This document shows, piece after piece, positions 26,207-39,725 of a DNA stretch of 64,000 nucleotides (positions are counted from its first letter, which is position 1; each line of letters opens with the position of its first letter). The translations under genes were made by a program, and so were the position numbers. This DNA comes from Rhizodiscina lignyota (taxonomy: Eukaryota), in NCBI GenBank assembly GCA_010015805.1, contig ML978121.1:3224001-3288000 (forward strand), written 5' to 3'. The notes under the pieces are model-generated. The model was not told the origin of the DNA, searched no databases, and saw nothing but the letters and a program-made list of their open reading frames with translations.

Positions 26207-27042
26207 AGAGGTTTCACAAGCCACAAATTAGGTAGATGTGACCGCAGAATCTCGCAAGGAAGCAGGAAGGTGCTGTGACAATATCAGACTCGTTGACAAG
26301 GCTATATGTTACGACAACACGATCTATGCGGCCGCTGTATCGCTCGAAAAGGAAGAATAGTCGAAGGAGGGAGTAAAGGAAGGATTGTATATACCACACT
26401 CATTACTAGATAGATAGGACTTTCATAACTAATTTCATAGCTAACTTCGTTAGCTTAGCAGCCGATATATTTGAGCTATTGCCTACGAGACGTGCCTGCC
26501 TTCTCCAGGACTGGCAATACATATCAGTGTTTACCCGCGCCAGATTAACCCTAACTTGGATCGATTCTACTTGTGGATCGGTTCATAACAAATAATAGCA
26601 GATCATGTTCGTAGAAAGGTCTGCGTCGTCTCGGCGACCATTATAAAGACTAGCTGTTATATGTATAATCCCGTGTTGTGTTCTTATTTACACTAATTGT
26701 TTCAATTCGAACGTAGCCTTGCATTTTGCAAAGCCGGGTCGACGGTGTCTAGAACCGGGAAAGTGACTCGCATCTCTATTTCGCTCATTACTTGTCCGGT
26801 CTCATTCCACATATTCTTTCCACTAATAAAATTCCAAAGTGAAAGAATACATCTCGATGAGTCGCTATGATACATGAAACAATGACAATGTGCCGGAAAG
26901 GGGGGTATCAAAGCGATAGCAATCGTCAGTCCTTTCCAATGAATGCTGCGCTCCCCAAAAACGCCGAAGCCGATACCATAAACAGACCATGGTGCACCAG
27001 TCGGCAAGCTCGTAAACATCGCATAAGATCAACATCAAAGAT

Positions 27043-29109
27043 TCACGTCCAAGGACAATTAACTTCCTCAAATAGCTCCCTGCATCCCTCTAACCACTTA
27101 GACTCAAGAACGTCAGAGATGGTCAGCCTTAGCCCAGCATCCATTTCCAGACAACCCATAACCATCTCCACAATATCCTGTGAGGCCTCCTGGACTGCGG
27201 GTGCGTCGCGGAGCAAGTCGATGTTGTATTCGCCTTTGGAAATGGCCATAACGACTCTCGGTTCGAACGAGTGAGAGAATGGTAGTTCGCCGGTGAGAAG
27301 CGCGTAAGACACCACACCGAAGGCCCAAACGTCTACCGCGGTAGAATAGAGCTGGCCACCTTCATTGATCATCTCCGGTGCAGCGTAATTCAAGCTGCCC
27401 GCGAGGGTAGTGCTCATTACGGAATTGCTCATAGCACTATCGGCATGATCAAGAGGGTCCGGAGATGATCGTCCTTCTTTAGAAGCCCAGTCCGCCATTC
27501 CGAAGTCGCATAAGAGAATATTGCCGCCTTCTGTTGCCGCGTCTGGACGGGACATGTCCAGTAGACAATTTTCGAGCTTGACATCGCGATGGACGACATG
27601 AAGATCCTCGTGCAAATACCGCAAGGCAGAGGCTAGCTGATAGATGTATCGCTTCGCGAGATGCAAGGGAAGGCCAGCTTTTGGGCGAGCGTCAGACTCT
27701 GTACTGTTGCGCTCAGTTGATTTTGCCTGGATCTCTGGCGACGAGGTCAATGATGCTGTGTTCATTCGTGCACGTCGTCGATTTGCTCTGACGAGGTCAA
27801 ACAGTGTCCCTCCAACATTTAGCTGCGTGATACAAAATGTTGCAAATGGAGTGTCGTACACTGCAAGTAACGGCAGTATGTAAGGGTGCTTCAGGTATCG
27901 CCAGATCTCCACTTCGCGCTCAAAGTCGGACTGCAGCTTCTCATTCTCTAGCTCACTCTTCCCATCTATGTTCTTTCGCACTATTTTCACGGCTCGAATG
28001 ACCTTTACATTGTCTTCAAACGTGTGGACCTCCTTGACGACGCTGAAACCGCCCCGGCCGACCTCTTTTCCAATGATATATTGGCTGTGATCCCCAATCT
28101 CCATGCCTTCCGCGTCAGGCTCCTGTGGAGCTGGAGGCCCGGAATCTTCCGTCGCATGTGTTCGACCCCACTGCGAAAGAAATGCGCTAGCTGGAGATAC
28201 AGACGTCATGCTGGATTGTCTGGAGGGGCGACGGCTAGCCTTGCGCAGACTTCCGGTCGACCGTTCCGTACGATAGCTCCGAGTGCGTTGCGAGGCCGAT
28301 CTGTTCGGCCACGATTCGATTGCGTTCTCTTGTGGTGATGTGGTAAAGTCTATAGGATGCGTAGCGCCGACCGGTGACATGAAATATTCGTTGACGGGCT
28401 CAAGTGGCGTCCGCGCTTCGTCTACGCTGGGCGTCGTGGTTGCGGACGTTAATGAAAGTACCTTTTCTTGGTCGAGGAAGTCCGAGTCGTTTGACAGGCC
28501 ATTATCGGGTGTCCGAAGCAGTATATTGCGTACTTCATTGCTCCTTGGGGCTGGCTTATGCGCGCGTTGCTCCAGTTGGTCGCCCATCATCGAAAGCTGT
28601 GCGAATGGCTCCGGTGATTGTCTGATTCGAATACGTTGTCTCATGTAGAGGTCTTGATCAGGCCCGGGTGGAGAACTCGAACGATCGCGTGCAGGAGGTG
28701 TTGGTGTTGACTCGCTGTTGTCTGCCGCTGCAAGCGGCAAACAGAGGCCAGTATCGCTCTTGACATGGGGGTGGAAACTAATGGAGCTTCCACGTGGTCG
28801 GATTGGTCTATCATCCGCTAGGAAAGACGTCGAGCCACGTTGGGCTAAAGATGCCTCTGGGGAGATGAAGACGGCGTCATCGAAATTCGAATCATTCAGG
28901 GCGTTTGATGGGGTCGACCTTCTGGAAGCAGCGCCTGATGGTATGTTGATGGGGGGTGTCCCATCACGGACAGGTCCGCCAGCATCTTCTTGTTCGGCAT
29001 CCCTGACCTCTTCTGCGAGTTGCGCTGTCAGAGGAGAAGGCGGATTTCGATGTGAGGGCTTTGTATCGAGTTTGAGCTTAGCAAAGAGGGCCTCCTGTGG
29101 AGGTGCCAT
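27043..29109 (-). CDS. Ser/Thr protein kinase (CAMK group) with long disordered N-terminus
   Basis: GRGGFSVV, AVK, HRDVKLEN, DFG, YAAPE, DVWAFG. Intronless, 688 aa. Confidence 0.93.
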   Translation of the reverse strand: MAPPQEALFAKLKLDTKPSHRNPPSPLTAQLAEEVRDAEQEDAGGPVRDGTPPINIPSGAASRRSTPSNALNDSNFDDAVFISPEASLAQRGSTSFLADDRPIRPRGSSISFHPHVKSDTGLCLPLAAADNSESTPTPPARDRSSSPPGPDQDLYMRQRIRIRQSPEPFAQLSMMGDQLEQRAHKPAPRSNEVRNILLRTPDNGLSNDSDFLDQEKVLSLTSATTTPSVDEARTPLEPVNEYFMSPVGATHPIDFTTSPQENAIESWPNRSASQRTRSYRTERSTGSLRKASRRPSRQSSMTSVSPASAFLSQWGRTHATEDSGPPAPQEPDAEGMEIGDHSQYIIGKEVGRGGFSVVKEVHTFEDNVKVIRAVKIVRKNIDGKSELENEKLQSDFEREVEIWRYLKHPYILPLLAVYDTPFATFCITQLNVGGTLFDLVRANRRRARMNTASLTSSPEIQAKSTERNSTESDARPKAGLPLHLAKRYIYQLASALRYLHEDLHVVHRDVKLENCLLDMSRPDAATEGGNILLCDFGMADWASKEGRSSPDPLDHADSAMSNSVMSTTLAGSLNYAAPEMINEGGQLYSTAVDVWAFGVVSYALLTGELPFSHSFEPRVVMAISKGEYNIDLLRDAPAVQEASQDIVEMVMGCLEMDAGLRLTISDVLESKWLEGCRELFEEVNCPWT

Positions 29110-30180
29110 TCAACCGCCTTCGATTAGGATAAGATGAGGGCAGAGGATAGCTTGACGTGTGTGCGCTGGTTCGGGCGCGTGTATAAGAATGGTCAGAGGC
29201 GCGTGAGCTTAAAATTTGCGGGACGCGGCCGGATGATGTAGAGCCCTCACCGGGCACCGCCAGGTAGGCGAGTGCCGGCAGACGATACGATCGCCGCGAC
29301 GACTGGATTGGATACGTCTCAGTTGAGATGTTTTTGAATCTGTTGATTGGCGCTGGAGTTGTCGTCGACGTGCGGAGTAGATGCAACGGTTTGTGCTGGT
29401 GGAGTTTGGGGAAGTGAGGTTGCACGCCCCGCCGAGCCTCAAGGAAAATGCTGCTGCCGCGCTGTGGGATATTATGACGACAGGGAACTTTGAAAAATTG
29501 AACCCCACGGCCCCGTGCTTTAGACCCTCCCCGCACTGGTCGCTTTACATCTTCAACACCGAAGTTCCCGATAATTCGAGGAGTCAGGATTTTCGTCTAA
29601 GAGCAATGTGCTAAGAGTGTTACCCTGAATTAGATATGCAGTTAGAGAAATGTACTTGTTCTCAGGAAGATGATGGAGATTATTGCCTGTCCTATCGCAG
29701 TGTTCGCTGTTCGTTATCACCAACGTCCGCCAATAGTACTTATCAGGTCATGTGCGTATAAATAAGTAGACTAGAGCCAGAAGGCAATCGATCGTATTAC
29801 TACCCGGAATAGGTATAGACTTAATACTGAACAGTTCTTGGCAATTTTGGCAACATACGTACTATGCGGTTTACGGCTAGCTCAATATAGTCAGCCGCGT
29901 TGATGGCAGGCACGCTAGTGATGTTTAAATACACGTCCTCCTTGCACTCCCTCCTTAACAACACCCCCCAGACAATTTCACAGAGCGACGTCGTGCTTTT
30001 AGAGCAGTAAATACTTCAATTGATGGTGAAATTATTGTCGTGAGCCTCACTACTTTGTTCCTTGAATTCCAGTTACAGCAGCTGAGCGAAACAGGATTTT
30101 GCAACACGTTATTGCGTCCAGCGTTCAGTTGAATCTCGGCCAAGGACCGGTTCCCGCTGGTTATTGAGAATCAATCACAA

Positions 30181-31278
30181 ATGGCCGACTCAAAGAAGAG
30201 GAATAAGAAGACGAAGATAAAGGAGAGAGAGGCAAATGAGAGTCCACATATGCTCGCTTCTCTCGCAAGCCCGTGCAAGTTTTTGCAACTTCCGCGCGAA
30301 TTGCGCGACATGATCTACACCTGCCTTTTCACCTCAACTCGGCTGGCTTTTGGCAAGAGATATATCAGGCGTATGGGCATAGTGGAACCAGTCACCGTTA
30401 AGCCTGCTCCGAACGCCTTGGCCATACTTCGTACTTGTCGTCAGATCAATGAGGAAGCTGGATCCGTTTGGCTCGGACAAGTTCTATTCAGCTTCGAAAA
30501 TATTGATGCACTGCTTGACAAGTTCTGGCCTTTGCCTCCGACTACGCTTACAAAGATCCGACATGTTCGTACACATGGCGACACCCTGTTCATAATGCTA
30601 CCCGGCGATGATGAAGAAGTTCCTTACCGTGCCGCTTCCGTACTCAAGCTGCTACCATCGCTAAACCTTCACACGCTCACTGTCCTTGGCTCTCTGGGCG
30701 GCCAAGACGGGTATAAAACCCTTGATGGATTCATAAAGCATGGAACGGGATGGAAAGAACTCTATTTCGTCGTGCGGAACTCCGCATTGCTCGGTTTTGC
30801 GAAGAAGCATGTGAATATAGAGGGATGGCCCTGGCATAAGCCCCAGCCAATAACTTGGAATGAAATATTGCTACAGCGCGATGGCGCCAACTCTGGCGCA
30901 AACATCGTCAGCTACCGTTCCACTCGATCTAATTCTCCCGGTTCGGTCATGGATCCGCTCACACGTCAAATCTTCGAGCAAACTGTATCGACTCCAAAAG
31001 ATCTAGAGACCTTTGAGGTCGCAGCAGACGACAATTTATTGACGGCGCAGGAGGGGATGAAGGAAGTACTGTTCATTGCGAAACGTGGCCGTTCTGTAGA
31101 TACCATGGACCGAGACGAGTCTCTGTACGGGTGGCAAGATCTGCGTGGATGGAGCATGACTTGGCCTGAGATTAAGCACAAGTGCATCGACTATCTCTAC
31201 GATTTATCAGAAGACGATGAGGTTATGGTCGACTCTTACAGCAACATCCATGAATACGTCTGGCCCGACCTCCATTAG
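30181..31278 (+). CDS. Fungal protein with N-terminal F-box-like motif
   Basis: FLQLPRELRDMIY...ILRTCRQINEEA in a 365-aa ORF. Confidence 0.75.
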   Translation: MADSKKRNKKTKIKEREANESPHMLASLASPCKFLQLPRELRDMIYTCLFTSTRLAFGKRYIRRMGIVEPVTVKPAPNALAILRTCRQINEEAGSVWLGQVLFSFENIDALLDKFWPLPPTTLTKIRHVRTHGDTLFIMLPGDDEEVPYRAASVLKLLPSLNLHTLTVLGSLGGQDGYKTLDGFIKHGTGWKELYFVVRNSALLGFAKKHVNIEGWPWHKPQPITWNEILLQRDGANSGANIVSYRSTRSNSPGSVMDPLTRQIFEQTVSTPKDLETFEVAADDNLLTAQEGMKEVLFIAKRGRSVDTMDRDESLYGWQDLRGWSMTWPEIKHKCIDYLYDLSEDDEVMVDSYSNIHEYVWPDLH

Positions 31279-31685
31279 TAAAGGGCAGCCCGATGTTACG
31301 AGGCTTGCCAGAGAAAAGCGAAGAAGTTTAGAGAATATCCGATAATAGAAAGCCATACAATTCACCATCAACTCTTTCGCCATCTTTCCTGCTTCTCCTC
31401 TTCTTATCCGCACTTCGTACTTTCTCCATTGTCGCAGTACCGGGCACCGTGTTCTACCGCAGCTCTCGCAAGGATTCCTCTTTGCGTTAGACATCACGTG
31501 CAAGGTTCGAGTAAAGTTATAAAATAAAGGAACTTTCTAGTTTATGTAACGTCCTTGAAGTTCTAGATATGAGTTTATATTCCTCTTGGAACGCCCTTAT
31601 GTACCCTCCTCTCATTTGAATTTCCAAATTCTCAGGCGAAGCACTCATTCCGCTTTTGACAGTGGAAGCGCAGAGCACCACAACA

Positions 31686-32669
31686 ATGCCTTCATCGCCC
31701 GCACTGACAGAAAAAGACTTGCCATCACTAAATGGCCGTGTCTATCTTGTGACGGGTGGATACGCTGGAATTGGCTATGAGCTTGCGAAAATTCTGTATT
31801 CGGCAGGCGGTATGGTTTGGATTGCAGGACGCAGCAGAGACAAAGCAGAAGCCGCCATTGAAGCCATGATGGAGAACAATGATACGTCAAATCATTCTGG
31901 AGAGCAAGCGGATGCAAGGAATGCGCCCGGAGAAGTGAAATTTCTCCACCTAGATCTTGCCGACCTGAGCACCATCAAGGGAGCTGCTCAGGAGTTGCTT
32001 AGCAACTCCTCCCGCCTGGATATCGTATGGCACAACGCTGCCGTTATGGTTCCACCGGATGATACGCCAGCTACGCCTCAAGGGCACGATATCCAGTTGG
32101 CCACGAACGTCCTCGGCCCTTTCTTGCTGCAGCACTTCCTGAACCCACTTACTCTTTCCACGGCAGCTCGCTCAGACGTAAAGAAGAACGACGTACGTGT
32201 CATCTGGCTGACGAGTAATGCGCATACCGGCGCACCGAAACCCGACGGAGTCGACTGGGACAATATCGAACTGACCGGCCACACAGGATTTATCGGACGG
32301 CTAAAGAAGTATAGTCAGAGCAAGGCGATGAACAATATTCTGGCCTACGAGTTTGCGAGACGATATGGCGACAAAGGAATCGCGAGCTTGTCAGTGCATC
32401 CTGGGGCCTTGAGTTCCGGTCTACAGAAGGATCTGCCATGGCTGATAGACAAGATATTCTCCCTGAGGAGACAGCCACCAAAGTTTGGTGCGTACAGCGA
32501 GTTGTTCGCGGGTTTCGTTGATGTTGAGCCTGAGAAGAATGGAGGGTTTGTCGCACCGTTTGGGACCTGGGGCGAATGTGACCCTGCGATCAAAGAAGGG
32601 ATGGAGAAACAAGGCACAGGCAAGCGATTGTGGGAGTTGCTGGAGAGTGAGTTTAAAGAATGGATATGA
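31686..32669 (+). CDS. Short-chain dehydrogenase/reductase (retinol dehydrogenase/WWOX-like)
   Basis: TGGYAGIG, HNAA, YSQSK, VHPG. Confidence 0.9.
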   Translation: MPSSPALTEKDLPSLNGRVYLVTGGYAGIGYELAKILYSAGGMVWIAGRSRDKAEAAIEAMMENNDTSNHSGEQADARNAPGEVKFLHLDLADLSTIKGAAQELLSNSSRLDIVWHNAAVMVPPDDTPATPQGHDIQLATNVLGPFLLQHFLNPLTLSTAARSDVKKNDVRVIWLTSNAHTGAPKPDGVDWDNIELTGHTGFIGRLKKYSQSKAMNNILAYEFARRYGDKGIASLSVHPGALSSGLQKDLPWLIDKIFSLRRQPPKFGAYSELFAGFVDVEPEKNGGFVAPFGTWGECDPAIKEGMEKQGTGKRLWELLESEFKEWI

Positions 32670-33525
32670 GAGCTACTCTAACGTCTTCTCCACTCTACCT
32701 CTAATATTAGAACTCTACGTCATCGACATTATTGTGACTAGAATAGGAAATAGTGAAGTGCATGTGTGTAATTCGAGATGAAATATATTCCTCGGCGGGT
32801 GGGGCGGAAAGTTGATCGGCGCGTGCCGAGACACGCTCCGACGCGTGGAACAGGGGTGGGTCACATCTCACTCCGATGGGAGGGAGAGACAGGTGTCATC
32901 CACCGACAAAACCACTTCTCCATGACGATTTCCGACTCTCTCAACGCTTACCAGACGTGATTCTGCGTCCTCGGAGACTGTTATCTAGAACAGTCACCCA
33001 CTCGCACCTTGACTGGCGTTCCGCTGGACCCTGCATTCGAACACGAAGCGGACGCTACCTCGACCCTGGACATCTTTCCTGCATGAGCTCACACCTCCCA
33101 TCTATCGCGCAATCATCTGATGCCTCCGCATGCAGCCATAGCAGCCTCATCCAGTGCTGCCTTGTCAGCGGCTCAAAGGACACGCTTATCAAGGTCCCCC
33201 GATCCCTGATATCTAATCATTTTTAGCTGCGTATTGCACCTGTGCCACGGTCGGCTGGGGCGGCACCAGTACAAAACCGTTCACGCAGACCTCCACTGGA
33301 CTCCAAGCGTGGATCTTCGACTTTGAGACTCTGGAGAACGTTGCTCAACTCTCAACTTACGACTTTCGAACCTCATTGACAGTATCTTCTCATCTCTCGG
33401 CCTATCTATTGCCAACCTTACCTCGGAGCCCTCAAGATTTGTGCAGATGAGAAATTACTCGACGTTTCTATCCATACGAAGATTAACTGGGCAGGGGCCA
33501 GGGTTGCCGATCCATAGAAGAGAAA

Positions 33526-35555
33526 ATGTCGTGGTTCCTTAAGCTGGTCCATACCAAAGAGACCGCAAATTATCCTGGAGTACTAATTCCTTTGCAACAG
33601 GTTCAGCGGTACCAACCGGTAGACTCTGAACCGGAAGTCAAACCTGACGACGGTGCTGCAGATGATGAAGATGACCAGCCACTGCTCCCGGGTGACACGT
33701 GGGATTTGGGAAGCTTGAAAGCCGAGATTGAGAAAGAGCTGGCGGAATCTGGGAAGGATTCGCCTTATGAAAGTATGTTAGCTCCTTCCATACTCATTTG
33801 GTTAACCTTGTTGACCATTTGTAGGAAAGTCAAGAGTTATAAACAGAGCCATTCAAGATGTGGGGATGGGACGATATCAGTGGGAGCTTTTTACGTTATG
33901 CGGCATGGGTTGGCTAGCAGACAAGTGAGTACCTCTCAACGCCACCCCTCGGACGGTCAAGCTAACTATCAGAAGTCTATGGATGCAGGTAGGTTTGAGG
34001 AAGATATATTTGGTCACGTGTCACTAACAGCAGCTGGAGGGACTGGCGCTAGTTCTACCTCGTCTTGCAGTCGACTTTGGGGTGAGCGAAAATGATGTTC
34101 GTTACACCACTATGATCACTTTCATCGGTCTTTCTATCGGATCGACGTTCTGGGGCATCGCTTCAGATTTGATAGGCCGCCGTCCAGCCTTTAACATGAC
34201 GCTTTTCCTATGCGGTGCTTTTGGATTCGCTGCTGCTTTCGGTCCAAACTGGCCTGGGACAGCAGCTTTGTTTCTTTGTATGGGCCTCGGAGTCGGCGGC
34301 AATCTTCCTGTGGATGGTGCATTGTTTCTCGAATTCTTGCCTTTCGAATCCAACAACCTCCTCACCCTATTGTCCGTTTGGTGGCCGGTCGGACAACTCA
34401 TTGCATCTCTTGGTCCGTTCTTCTGCCAATGGAAAGTACCGTTGCTAACGTGACGTAGTTGCTTGGGCGGTTATTCCACCATTCTCGTGCGATACGAAGC
34501 TCGAATCTTGCGTCTTGACCAATGGCGAACAACCTTGCTGTGCCAGAGAAGACAATCGCGGCTGGCGTTATTTCATCGGCATCCTGGGAATCATGACATT
34601 TTTAATGTTCATCTGTAGATTCTTTCTATTCAGACTCTACGAGTCTCCGAAGCTCCTCCTTTCCCGTGGTCGACAGGACGAGGCAGTGGCCGTTGTGCAT
34701 GGGATTGCTCATCACAATAAAGCAAAGACATGGCTTACCGAAGAAATTCTCAACGCTGTTGGAGGCCACCCAGAAGCCCAATCATTGACTCAGACTGCCG
34801 CGGAGATTGCCAAGAGCAAGACGAACGCACTTTCGTGGCAAGTTATGAAGCCGCTGTTTCAAGGATGGAGACTCGCAGTGACGACTATTCTGATATGGAT
34901 CATTTGGGCGACGTATGTCTTGTCGTCAATTTTCTGCAACCACAACTGACAATCATAGGATCGGAATGGCATACCCATTATTTAATGCATTCTTGCCGCA
35001 GTATCTGGCAAAATCTGGCAAAGATCAGGCTCCTGTATCGACCCAGACCGTCTATCGGAACTATTTCATCACCTCAGCGGCTGGTGTACCCGGAAGTATC
35101 ATAGCTTGCTGGACCGTCGACATCAAGTATGTTGGCCGTAAAGGCACAATGGCTATTTCCACCTTGTTCAGTGCCATTTTCCTGTACTTGTTCACCGCCT
35201 CGACGACCCCGGCATACCAAACGTTCTGTTCTGCCGCGGAGGCATTTTGGCAGGTGAGTGGTGACGCACTTCATCACCCGATTGCACTTTGATGCTGACA
35301 GCTTTCCAGAACATCATGTATGGCGTACTGTATGCATATACGCCCGAAGTATTTCCTGCTCCGAACCGCGGGACAGCCACTGGCATTGCGTCTCTTCTGA
35401 ATCGTATCACCGGCATCTGCGCACCTATCGTTGCTGCGAACAGCGGGATCAAGGATCCTCTCGCTCCAATTCTGGCGGCTGGTGCAATATATCTTGTTTC
35501 ATTTGTAGCCACTGTTTTCTTGCCCATAGAGACAAGAGGGCAGCAGAGTCTTTAA
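33526..35555 (+). CDS. MFS transporter (SV2-like/sugar transporter family)
   Basis: MGRYQWELF, SDLIGRR, GGNLPVDG, LYESPK, YTPEVFP..RGT. About seven introns, including a 13-nt exon at 33976-33988. Confidence 0.9.
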
Positions 35556-36074
35556 GAATTGTACAATAAGGGAAAAGGGCGTTGTGGGTTGAGGTTGTAT
35601 CATAGCTTGCATAGTTTGGCGCTCAATAATCGACGCCGCCGGAGTCTCTAGTCTTGCAAAACATACACTAGTAAAGACATGCATGATCTCCTGCTCTTGT
35701 ACGTATCAGAATTTGGATTGGGTTCGCGCAGGATGCTCCGTGCCGAATCAAACGCTGTGAATGGCTGCGGCCCGAGCCAGGCTGGAGATGCACTTTGCGT
35801 CACTGGGCAGAGCGGCGCTAATCCCAAAGTGGTGCACTAAGCTAGCAACCGGCTCTCGCACGCCTGCACATGGATGCACCACAGCACGCCTCGCAACCAC
35901 TTCGCAACGGCCCTTCAACACATCCTCGTTGTCGAGGCGCGTGATTCCCGCTGCGCCTCATGACAGTCTAATTCGCGTGCAGCACCACAGCCAGCGATAT
36001 TATCGACGTGCCTGTCCGCCTCGTGCTCGTCCAAACATCGCTCTGCTGGCTGCTAAGACAGCTCCCGGCCTGCA

Positions 36075-38158
36075 ATGGCCTTCCTCTGCCAGAGGCTGAT
36101 AGCTTTCTGCTGCGGTGGTACGTCGCCTTTAACCCATCCTTTCGCCTTTGAAGACGAGCTAAGCTGATTACTGTTTCGCCAGGTCGGTCCAAGGACAGCC
36201 TCTATGATCCGATCCTCGCAGACTCTGAACGCGAAGCTGTCAGCGACTTGCTGGGTTACCTTGAAAACGTACATCTCTCCTTCCACCGCAACAACGGCCT
36301 GATTGGTCCACCGCTGACTTCCTCCTACACAGAGGGCAGACACAGACTTCTTCTCCGGACCACCACTGCAAGCTCTGAGCACCCTTGTTTACTCAGAGAA
36401 TATCGACCTCCAGCGGAGCGCAAGCTTGACGTTTGCTGAGATCACCGAACGAGGTATGCAACCTCTGATATACACAGTAAACATAAATCCTATACTAAAA
36501 GCATGCCGCAAAGCAGATGTCCGAGAAGTCGACCGCGAAACCCTCGATCCAATCCTCTTCTTGCTGCAGAACAATGACATCGAAGTGCAACGAGCCGCAA
36601 GCGCTGCGCTGGGCAATCTGGCGGTTAACAGTATGTCTATACTACTGTTCTGTGAAGGTCAATATTTGACATGCTTTAGCCGAGAACAAAGTTAAAATCG
36701 TCGAGCTTGGCGGACTTGGGCCGCTCATCAAGCAAATGAACTCACCTAATGTCGAGGTCCAATGCAACGCGGTAGGATGCATCACAAACCTAGCCACACA
36801 CGAAGAGAACAAAGCAAAGATAGCACGCTCTGGAGCTCTGGCCCCTCTTACAAAGTTGGCGAGGTCAAAGGATATGCGCGTCCAGAGAAATGCTACTGGC
36901 GCCTTATTGAACATGACACATTCAGGTAAGATTAACTTGGACCCCAATATGGTTGGATCAGATACACTGATACAGTCCATGATATCCACAGATGAGAATC
37001 GCCAGCAACTAGTAAATGCCGGTGCCATTCCCGTCCTCGTACAGCTCCTCTCCTCCACCGACGTCGACGTGCAATACTACTGTACAACCGCCCTGTCAAA
37101 CATTGCCGTCGATGCTTCGAACCGTAAAAGACTCGCCAACCAGGAACCACGACTCATACAGTCACTCGTACACCTCATGGAGTCGGATAGCCCAAAAGTA
37201 CAGTGCCAAGCAGCGCTCGCGCTCCGCAATCTTGCGTCGGACGAGAAGTATCAATTAGACATCGTGCGGGCCAGAGGACTCCCACCACTCTTAAAGTTGC
37301 TTAAGAGCACATACCTACCTCTAATCTTAAGCGCTGTTGCGTGCATCAGGAACATTAGCATACATCCCGCCAATGAATCTCCGATCATAGATGCAGGCTT
37401 CCTCAACCCACTTGTGGACCTGCTAGGCGCGACCGAAAACGAAGAAATTCAATGCCATGCGATCTCTACGCTACGGAATCTCGCTGCATCGAGCGACAGG
37501 AACAAGGAGCTGGTACTACAAGCAGGAGCAGTGAGCAAGTGCACGGAGCTCGTACTCCATGTGCCGTTAAGCGTCCAGAGCGAGATGACTGCGGCAATTG
37601 CAGTGTTGGCTTTAAGCGACGAGCTAAAACCGAAGTTGCTAGATTTGGGCGTCTTCGACGTCTTAATTCCTCTCACGGAAAGCGAAAGCGTGGAAGTGCA
37701 GGGGAACAGCGCAGCAGCCTTGGGTAATCTAAGCAGTAAAGGCATGTTTCACTTCCTTCTGCCTTATTGGGTACGGTTTTACTAACCTAGATATTATACT
37801 AGTTGGCGACTACACCCCCTTCCTCAAGAAATGGAATGAGCCCCAAGGCGGCATTTCTGGGTACCTCAGCCGCTTCCTCGCATCCGGCGACGCGACGTTC
37901 CAACATATTGCAATTTGGACACTACTTCAACTACTCGAGAGCGAAGACAAGAGGTTACTTGACGCGATACGGAAGACCGACGATATTGTCAAGATGGTCA
38001 AGATGATTGCAGAGAAGAATATTGACGAAAGTGGGGAGGGAGAAGATGGTGAGGGTGACGATGGTACAGATGGCGGAGAAGGTGAGGTTGTAGGCCTAGC
38101 AAGAAAATGTGCAGAATTGCTTGGAGTTGGAGAAGGGAAAGGGCTTGTCGAGGGTTGA
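36075..38158 (+). CDS. VAC8: Vacuolar armadillo-repeat protein Vac8
   Basis: [61 protein letters not shown]. Multi-exon. Confidence 0.95.
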
Positions 38159-38856
38159 ATTGCCTAAGTGGCGAGCTTTGATGGCATTCTTTCAACACTC
38201 ACCGGTTTACTTCTGGCGTTACTATTGTCTCTTGGTATGGACGGGCACGGCGTTCAAGCGTTTCACTGGTCGCCTCTCAGCACTGATACCGAGCGAGCAT
38301 CCGATGGTTACCTCTTTTTCGAACTTCTTCCCTGTTGTTTTGGCGAGAATGTGAATGGATGAAGGTGGGCAGAGGGAAGAAGCACCGTATTTTCCGTTCT
38401 GCATAATGTGTCGAGCATGGCTTGATTTTCTAGTTCGTCCCAAATACCAGGGATGGGTGGACAGGATCCATTCGGGCATGCTGAGGGACACAGATAGACT
38501 TTTCAATGGAATTACATGAAAATGACTACTGTCATGTGCGTAAGTACAATTTCCATGTGAACTCATAATTATGATGTGTGGTTTTCTACTAAACTCGCCT
38601 AAGTCCGACTTTCTAGCGGAGGAGAGCGAAGTTGAGCGGGGAGTCGGCATTGCATTCCTTAGCCTCTTCCTCTCCCTTTACTCCACCTTTATCAACTGAG
38701 CACCCGCTCTAGATATGCGTAGATTGTACGTGCAAGTCACATGTGCAGCAAATAGGTAGGACGGATTGATTTTTCTCGTCTTGCTCTCATTATTCGTCCT
38801 TCATTCAGAGTCTTGGTACTACCTACGTGCAATCCATCCTCAAGTCAGCAAACATC

Positions 38857-39725
38857 ATGGCGTTCGACTTCAAGGGCAAAGTTTTCGTTGTCTCAGGCGC
38901 TGGTTCTGGGATGGGACTGGCTACCGCGAAACTTTTATACGAATGCGGAGCCAACATTTCAATAGTCGACAATCGGCGCGAGGCCATCGTCGCGGCTCTC
39001 CCCGATATTACGGGCGGTAAAGTCTCGCCGCCTTCTGAGACTAAGGATGCGGTACACGAAGACGACCGCATCATTGCGCTGGAGGTTGATGTTAGCTCTT
39101 CCGCCCAAGTCAATGCGTGGACCGAGGCCACGGTGAAGAAGTTCGGGCGATTGGATGGGGCAGCGAATCTCGCGGGCATCACGTCGGGGAAGAAGAAGGT
39201 TGTTGATATCACGGACGAGGATTGGGATCGAATGATGGTATTTCTCATTTCTCCTCTCAAAGACATATCGCGCCGAACTTCTGACACGGTTTGTAGAGAG
39301 TCAATCTCACCGGGACGTTCTACGCTACCCGCGCACAAGTCAAAGCTATGGAAAGCCTCAAGATGGAAGCTGCTAGCATCGTCAACACATCCTCGATCTA
39401 CGGCATCTCGGGCAAAGAGACGTCGTCGGATTACTCCGCAGCGAAGCACGGTGTTATCGGCATGTCAAGCTCGTGCGCGAAAGAAGTAGGCGAGAATGGT
39501 ATCAGAGTGAACTGTATCGCTCCTGGAATCATCGACACGAGGATGGTTCGCTCGCTGCCGCCGCACTTTCTGGAGTCTCATGCAAGAACGCTCCAGTATG
39601 GTCAGGCGTTGCACAGGATGGCGGAGGCCAAGGAAGTGGCGAATCTGATTGGCTTTCTGCTGAGTGATTTGAGCAGCTTCATAACGGGTGCTACTTATAC
39701 GATTGACGGGGGCCAGATATGTTAA
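38857..39725 (+). CDS. Classical SDR (FabG-like oxidoreductase)
   Basis: SGAGSGMG, NLAG, YSAAK, NCIAPG, IDGG. One intron at about 39238-39296. Confidence 0.9.
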
